A stretch of DNA of 64,000 nt from Bacteroidales bacterium (lineage in GTDB: Bacteria > Bacteroidota > Bacteroidia > Bacteroidales > UBA932), in the NCBI GenBank assembly GCA_022653735.1, contig JALCSU010000002.1:29643-93642 (forward strand), written 5' to 3'. The notes beneath the pieces are model-generated. The model did not search any database, was not told the origin of the DNA, and saw only the letters and a list, made by a program, of their open reading frames with translations. Below, in pieces: positions 60,256 through 64,000 of the stretch. Position 1 is the first letter of the stretch. Each line of letters starts with the position of its first letter. The translations under genes were made by a program, and so were the position numbers.

Positions 60256-63200
60256 GCAGGCCCGCCTTAAATTGATGAGCTTGGCGGCCATCCTCGGTTG
60301 TGTTCTCTGCGGTTGTAAAGGGGGCTGCAGAGAGCAGGCCGGGGACGGCTTTGCCTCCATTGCCGAAACGTTCAAGAATCCGCCATCGGAGTATCGCACT
60401 TTTCCGTTCGCCGTATGGAACGATAAAATGACGGAGGAGAGCATCGACAGGCAGATAGAGGACATGAAGGCTCAGGGATGCGGGGGAGTTATCATTCATC
60501 CTCGCCCGGGTTTGATTACCGAGTACCTTTCTGACGAATGGTTTTCTCTCTACAAGCATGCTGTGTCAAAGGCCGAGAGCCTCGGGATGGAAATCTGGAT
60601 TTACGACGAGAATTCCTATCCAAGCGGATTCGCAGGCGGTCATGTGCCTGCCCGGATGCCGGAATCTTATAATCTAGGGGAAGGCCTGGCATTGACGAAA
60701 GCTGACATCCTGCCTCCAGACGCGGATTCCTGCTTCATCTGCCTGAAGAAAGAAGGCAATCGGTGGAAAGACATAACCGCAGACCTGTCCCCATTCAAAG
60801 GCAAGCCGGGAGAGTATTATCTATACAGGAAAACTTATGAGCGGAAATCCGACTGGTACGGGGGATTCTCTTACGTGGACTTGATGGAGCCAGGGGTTAC
60901 CGATAAGTTCCTGGAGATAACCATGACCGGATACGAGAAGGTTTTCCGAGATGAGTTCGGCAAGACGATCAAGGGAGTCTTCTCCGACGAGCCAAACATT
61001 GCCACACCAGGAGGCATACGCTGGACTCCCGGTCTATTTGCAGAATTCCAGAAAAGGTGGGGGTATGACCTTAAGCCTCTTCTGCCTCTTCTGCAGGAAG
61101 AGACTGGCGACTGGAAGCGGGTACGGCATAATTACATGCAGACGCTCCTGGATCTGTTCATCGAAAACTGGTCGAAGCCTTTCAGCGCTTATTGTGCGGA
61201 GCGCGGGCTCAAATGGACTGGACATTATTGGGAACATGGATGGCCGGACATGAACAATGGACCGGACAACATGGCGATGTATGCATGGCACCAGATGCCA
61301 GGAATTGACATGCTGTTCAATCAATTCAACGAGGAAAACCCACAGGCTCAGTTCGGGAATGTGCGTTCCGTGAAGGAGCTGCGCAGCGTTGCCAACCAGA
61401 TGGGATATTCTCGCACGTTGAGCGAGACATACGGTGGCGGAGGCTGGGACGAGACTTTCAAAGATTTCAAGCGTCTGGGAGACTGGGAATATGTTCTTGG
61501 CGTGAATTTCATGAACCAGCATCTGTCGCATGCAACCCTTTCCGGAGCCAGGAAATATGATTATCCTCCGGTGTTCTCCTATCATTCTCCTTGGTGGGAA
61601 AATTATGTGGGAATCAACGACTATTTCGGTAGGCTTTCATTGGTGCTCAGCAAAGGAACGCAGAAGAATGATCTATTGATATTGGAACCGAATTCTACGA
61701 TCTGGAGCTATTTCTCCCACTCAGAAAGCGATCCTAAACTGTTCGAAATCGGAAAATCTTTCCAGGATTTCGTGACCAAGCTTGAGAAAAATCAAGTTGA
61801 GTATGATCTGGGTTCGGAAGACATAATCAAGGATCATGGGTCTGTCGTAGACGGCCATCTTGTCGTGGGAGAGGCTGCCTACTCCACGGTTGTGCTTCCT
61901 CCAATGATGGAGAATCTCAACAAGCCTGTCTTCGATCTGCTTGTGGAATTTTTGAAGGAGGGCGGAAATTTGCTGGCGTTTTCATCTCCGAGCCTGATTG
62001 ACGGCGCTCCAAATAATAAGCTCGCAGAAGTGATGAGCAATTTCGCTGTCATCCCAGGTCTTGACGAAGAAGTCATTCGGGACAAGTTCAATGATTTCAT
62101 GCCTGTCCTGTCATTCTACGGGGGCGATCTGTACCATCAGAGGCGGGAGTACTCTGATGGCGAGCTGGTCTTCCTTGTCAATTCTTCCATGGAAGAGCCG
62201 GTGAAAGGCAGTTTGGAGCTGAGTGGAAAATCGGTTGTCCGCATGGATGCCTTGACCGGGGAAATATATTCCTATGATGCCGTTAGCGGACAAGGGGGCA
62301 CTCTCAAAGCCGATTTCGAGCTGGAGCCAGCCGGAAGCCTGATCTTATTCTTCTCTAGGCGGAATTTGAAATACCCTCTGGCGCCTGCAATCGCTGGGCA
62401 TGAAAAGGTTCCGGCTAATTCGGGCGTAGTAGTCAAGAGGTTGAGGGATAATGTGCTGAATGTGGATTTTTGCGACCTGACCGTGAAATGCAAGGCTTAC
62501 AAGAATCTATATTTCGCTTCCGCAGCGGACATTGCGTTCAAGGAACATGGCTTCGCCAACGGCAACCCTTGGAACACCTCCGTTCAATATAAGAGGAGCA
62601 TACTCGACCGAGACACTTTCCACGATGGTGGATTTACGGCTACATACAGGTTCACGATCAACGAAGATTTCGATTATTCTGGATTCAAGCTGGTCTCAGA
62701 AAAGCCGGAGATATTTTCTGTCTCTGTGAATGGAAATCCTGTTAAGCCTGCGGAAGGGGAATGGTGGCTTGACCGCTCTTTCGGGGTTTATCACATCGGG
62801 AACGTGGTGCATAAGGGGAATAATTTCGTCGAGGTCAGCGTCAGCCCAATGAGCGTTTTCGCAGAGATTGAGCCTATTTACATATTGGGAGATTTCTCAG
62901 TGAGTCCGGAAAAACTGGGATGGAGCATTTCCGCTCCGGTCGAAAATCTAGGACTTGGCAGCTGGAAAGCCCAGGGGCAGCCTTTCTATTCGTGGGATGT
63001 CTCCTATGTAAAGGAATATGTCGTCGATGACCTTACGAGGCCTTATGCCATCAGCCTTAATAAATGGAACGGGACCGTGGCTGAAGTGTACGTAAATGGA
63101 GAGAAGGCCGGCTCTATCGGATTCGATCCATTCAGGCTGGATGTCACTAAGTTCCTGAAAAAGGGGGTTAACGAGATTGACGTAAGGGTCATTGGCAGTC

Positions 63201-63349
63201 ATGCTAACCTGCTCGGACCTTTCTATTCCACTTCAGCTCCAGGCCTGGCATCGCCTTGGCACTGGAAGAATGTCAAGAACGACATCCCAGGCAACGACTA
63301 CCGCATGTACGATTACGGCCTCATGGAAGATTTCGACTTGGAAAAATAA
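60248..63349 (+). CDS. GH106-like (alpha-L-rhamnosidase family) glycoside hydrolase lipoprotein
   Basis: FKNPPSEYR..WN, HPRPGL.TEYLSDEW, WIYDENSYPSGFAGG, FSDEP, PGIDML, SETYG. Confidence 0.85.
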   Translation: MNKQARLKLMSLAAILGCVLCGCKGGCREQAGDGFASIAETFKNPPSEYRTFPFAVWNDKMTEESIDRQIEDMKAQGCGGVIIHPRPGLITEYLSDEWFSLYKHAVSKAESLGMEIWIYDENSYPSGFAGGHVPARMPESYNLGEGLALTKADILPPDADSCFICLKKEGNRWKDITADLSPFKGKPGEYYLYRKTYERKSDWYGGFSYVDLMEPGVTDKFLEITMTGYEKVFRDEFGKTIKGVFSDEPNIATPGGIRWTPGLFAEFQKRWGYDLKPLLPLLQEETGDWKRVRHNYMQTLLDLFIENWSKPFSAYCAERGLKWTGHYWEHGWPDMNNGPDNMAMYAWHQMPGIDMLFNQFNEENPQAQFGNVRSVKELRSVANQMGYSRTLSETYGGGGWDETFKDFKRLGDWEYVLGVNFMNQHLSHATLSGARKYDYPPVFSYHSPWWENYVGINDYFGRLSLVLSKGTQKNDLLILEPNSTIWSYFSHSESDPKLFEIGKSFQDFVTKLEKNQVEYDLGSEDIIKDHGSVVDGHLVVGEAAYSTVVLPPMMENLNKPVFDLLVEFLKEGGNLLAFSSPSLIDGAPNNKLAEVMSNFAVIPGLDEEVIRDKFNDFMPVLSFYGGDLYHQRREYSDGELVFLVNSSMEEPVKGSLELSGKSVVRMDALTGEIYSYDAVSGQGGTLKADFELEPAGSLILFFSRRNLKYPLAPAIAGHEKVPANSGVVVKRLRDNVLNVDFCDLTVKCKAYKNLYFASAADIAFKEHGFANGNPWNTSVQYKRSILDRDTFHDGGFTATYRFTINEDFDYSGFKLVSEKPEIFSVSVNGNPVKPAEGEWWLDRSFGVYHIGNVVHKGNNFVEVSVSPMSVFAEIEPIYILGDFSVSPEKLGWSISAPVENLGLGSWKAQGQPFYSWDVSYVKEYVVDDLTRPYAISLNKWNGTVAEVYVNGEKAGSIGFDPFRLDVTKFLKKGVNEIDVRVIGSHANLLGPFYSTSAPGLASPWHWKNVKNDIPGNDYRMYDYGLMEDFDLEK

Positions 63350-63378
63350 CTTGTGTACTATCATCTCTATTGAATTGA

Positions 63379-63411
63379 GGGCATGCTGCTTGTGACGGCA
63401 TGCCCACTTTT
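63379..63411 (+). terminator. Intrinsic terminator after GH106 and insertion target of the intron
   Basis: GGGCATGCTG-CTTGTGA-CGGCATGCCC-ACTTTT. Confidence 0.8.
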
Positions 63412-64000
63412 GTTCACCCGGCACGAACGTACTCTAACGGATGGAAGTTCCCAACCCACCCTGATAGTGGGAAGGTTTCAGCCAAAGGCAAGGGTGTCCC
63501 TAGCGAGGGAAATCTGAAGGAAGCTAGAGGCAAACAGTTGACCCGATTAACAAGGACTTGGCATAAGGCTGGAAAGCAGGGCAATGCTGCGAATGAAGTA
63601 TGAGCTCGATAACTATCCGAACTGCTGACAGAAAACCAAGCGGGTATAAACTGGAAAGAGTACGTTCATAACTGCATCAGGCGCTGCGGGGCTGGGTCAA
63701 CTACTTCAAGCTAGCGGATATGAAGAAGTCGCTTGAGACAATAGGCCAGTGACTCTGCGGGCGAAAAAGACTGTGTATCTGGAAAACGTGGAAGCGACCG
63801 CATACACGGGTTAAGAACCTTATCAAGTGTGGCATAAAGCCATACTGGGCGCATATCTATGGAAACAGCAGCAAAGGATATTGGACCAAAGCGGAAGGCA
63901 TTATGCACCACGCCGCAGGAAACGACAAACTCCGCCGAGCCGGTTATACATTCCTTATGGACTACTATGTTTAAATGCACAGAGTATAAGGAACCGCCGT
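63412..64000 (+). mobile_element. Internally deleted group IIC intron (RT domain lost); runs past the window end
   Basis: 5' end GTTCACCCGGCACG directly after a terminator; domain I-like AGGGTGTCC..GCGAG..GAATCTGAAGGAAGC; maturase remnant LRGWVNYFKLAD..WKTWK..SKGYW; domain V start GAACCGCCGT at 63991. Confidence 0.85.
63672..63974 (+). pseudogene. Group II intron maturase (domain X) fragment
   Basis: LHQALRGWVNYFKLADMKKSLETIGQ*LCGRKRLCIWKTWKRPHTRVKNL...GYTFLMDYYV*; internal TGA at 63750. Confidence 0.8.

Overview
Bacteroidales-type chromosomal window, inferred from SusC/SusD systems and TAnnTTTG -7 promoters. From left to right: a small 2[4Fe-4S] ferredoxin missed by the ORF track; a complete starch/maltodextrin PUL on the minus strand (MFS, susC, susD, susE, susF, susG, susA) divergent from a LytS/LytTR two-component pair; a Vsr endonuclease fused to a degenerate C5-methyltransferase; housekeeping genes (GH73-LysM, mltG, long RSH, uvrB, acyl-CoA ligase, htpG, gcvT-H-PA-PB) with an inserted AAA ATPase; a 5 x 81-bp palindromic tandem array upstream of tRNA-Ala(GGC), followed by a dense cluster of CGTC-type REP-like repeats; a partly decayed second PUL (back-to-back 5'-truncated HTCS and GH106 fragments, esterase-MBL fusion, GH3, an unknown 957-aa secreted protein, AraC, sugar isomerase, susC, susD, GH106); and an RT-less group IIC intron inserted behind a terminator and running off the window end. 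Two otherwise intact genes each carry one in-frame TAG. All family assignments come from motif recognition by eye; no database searches were run.
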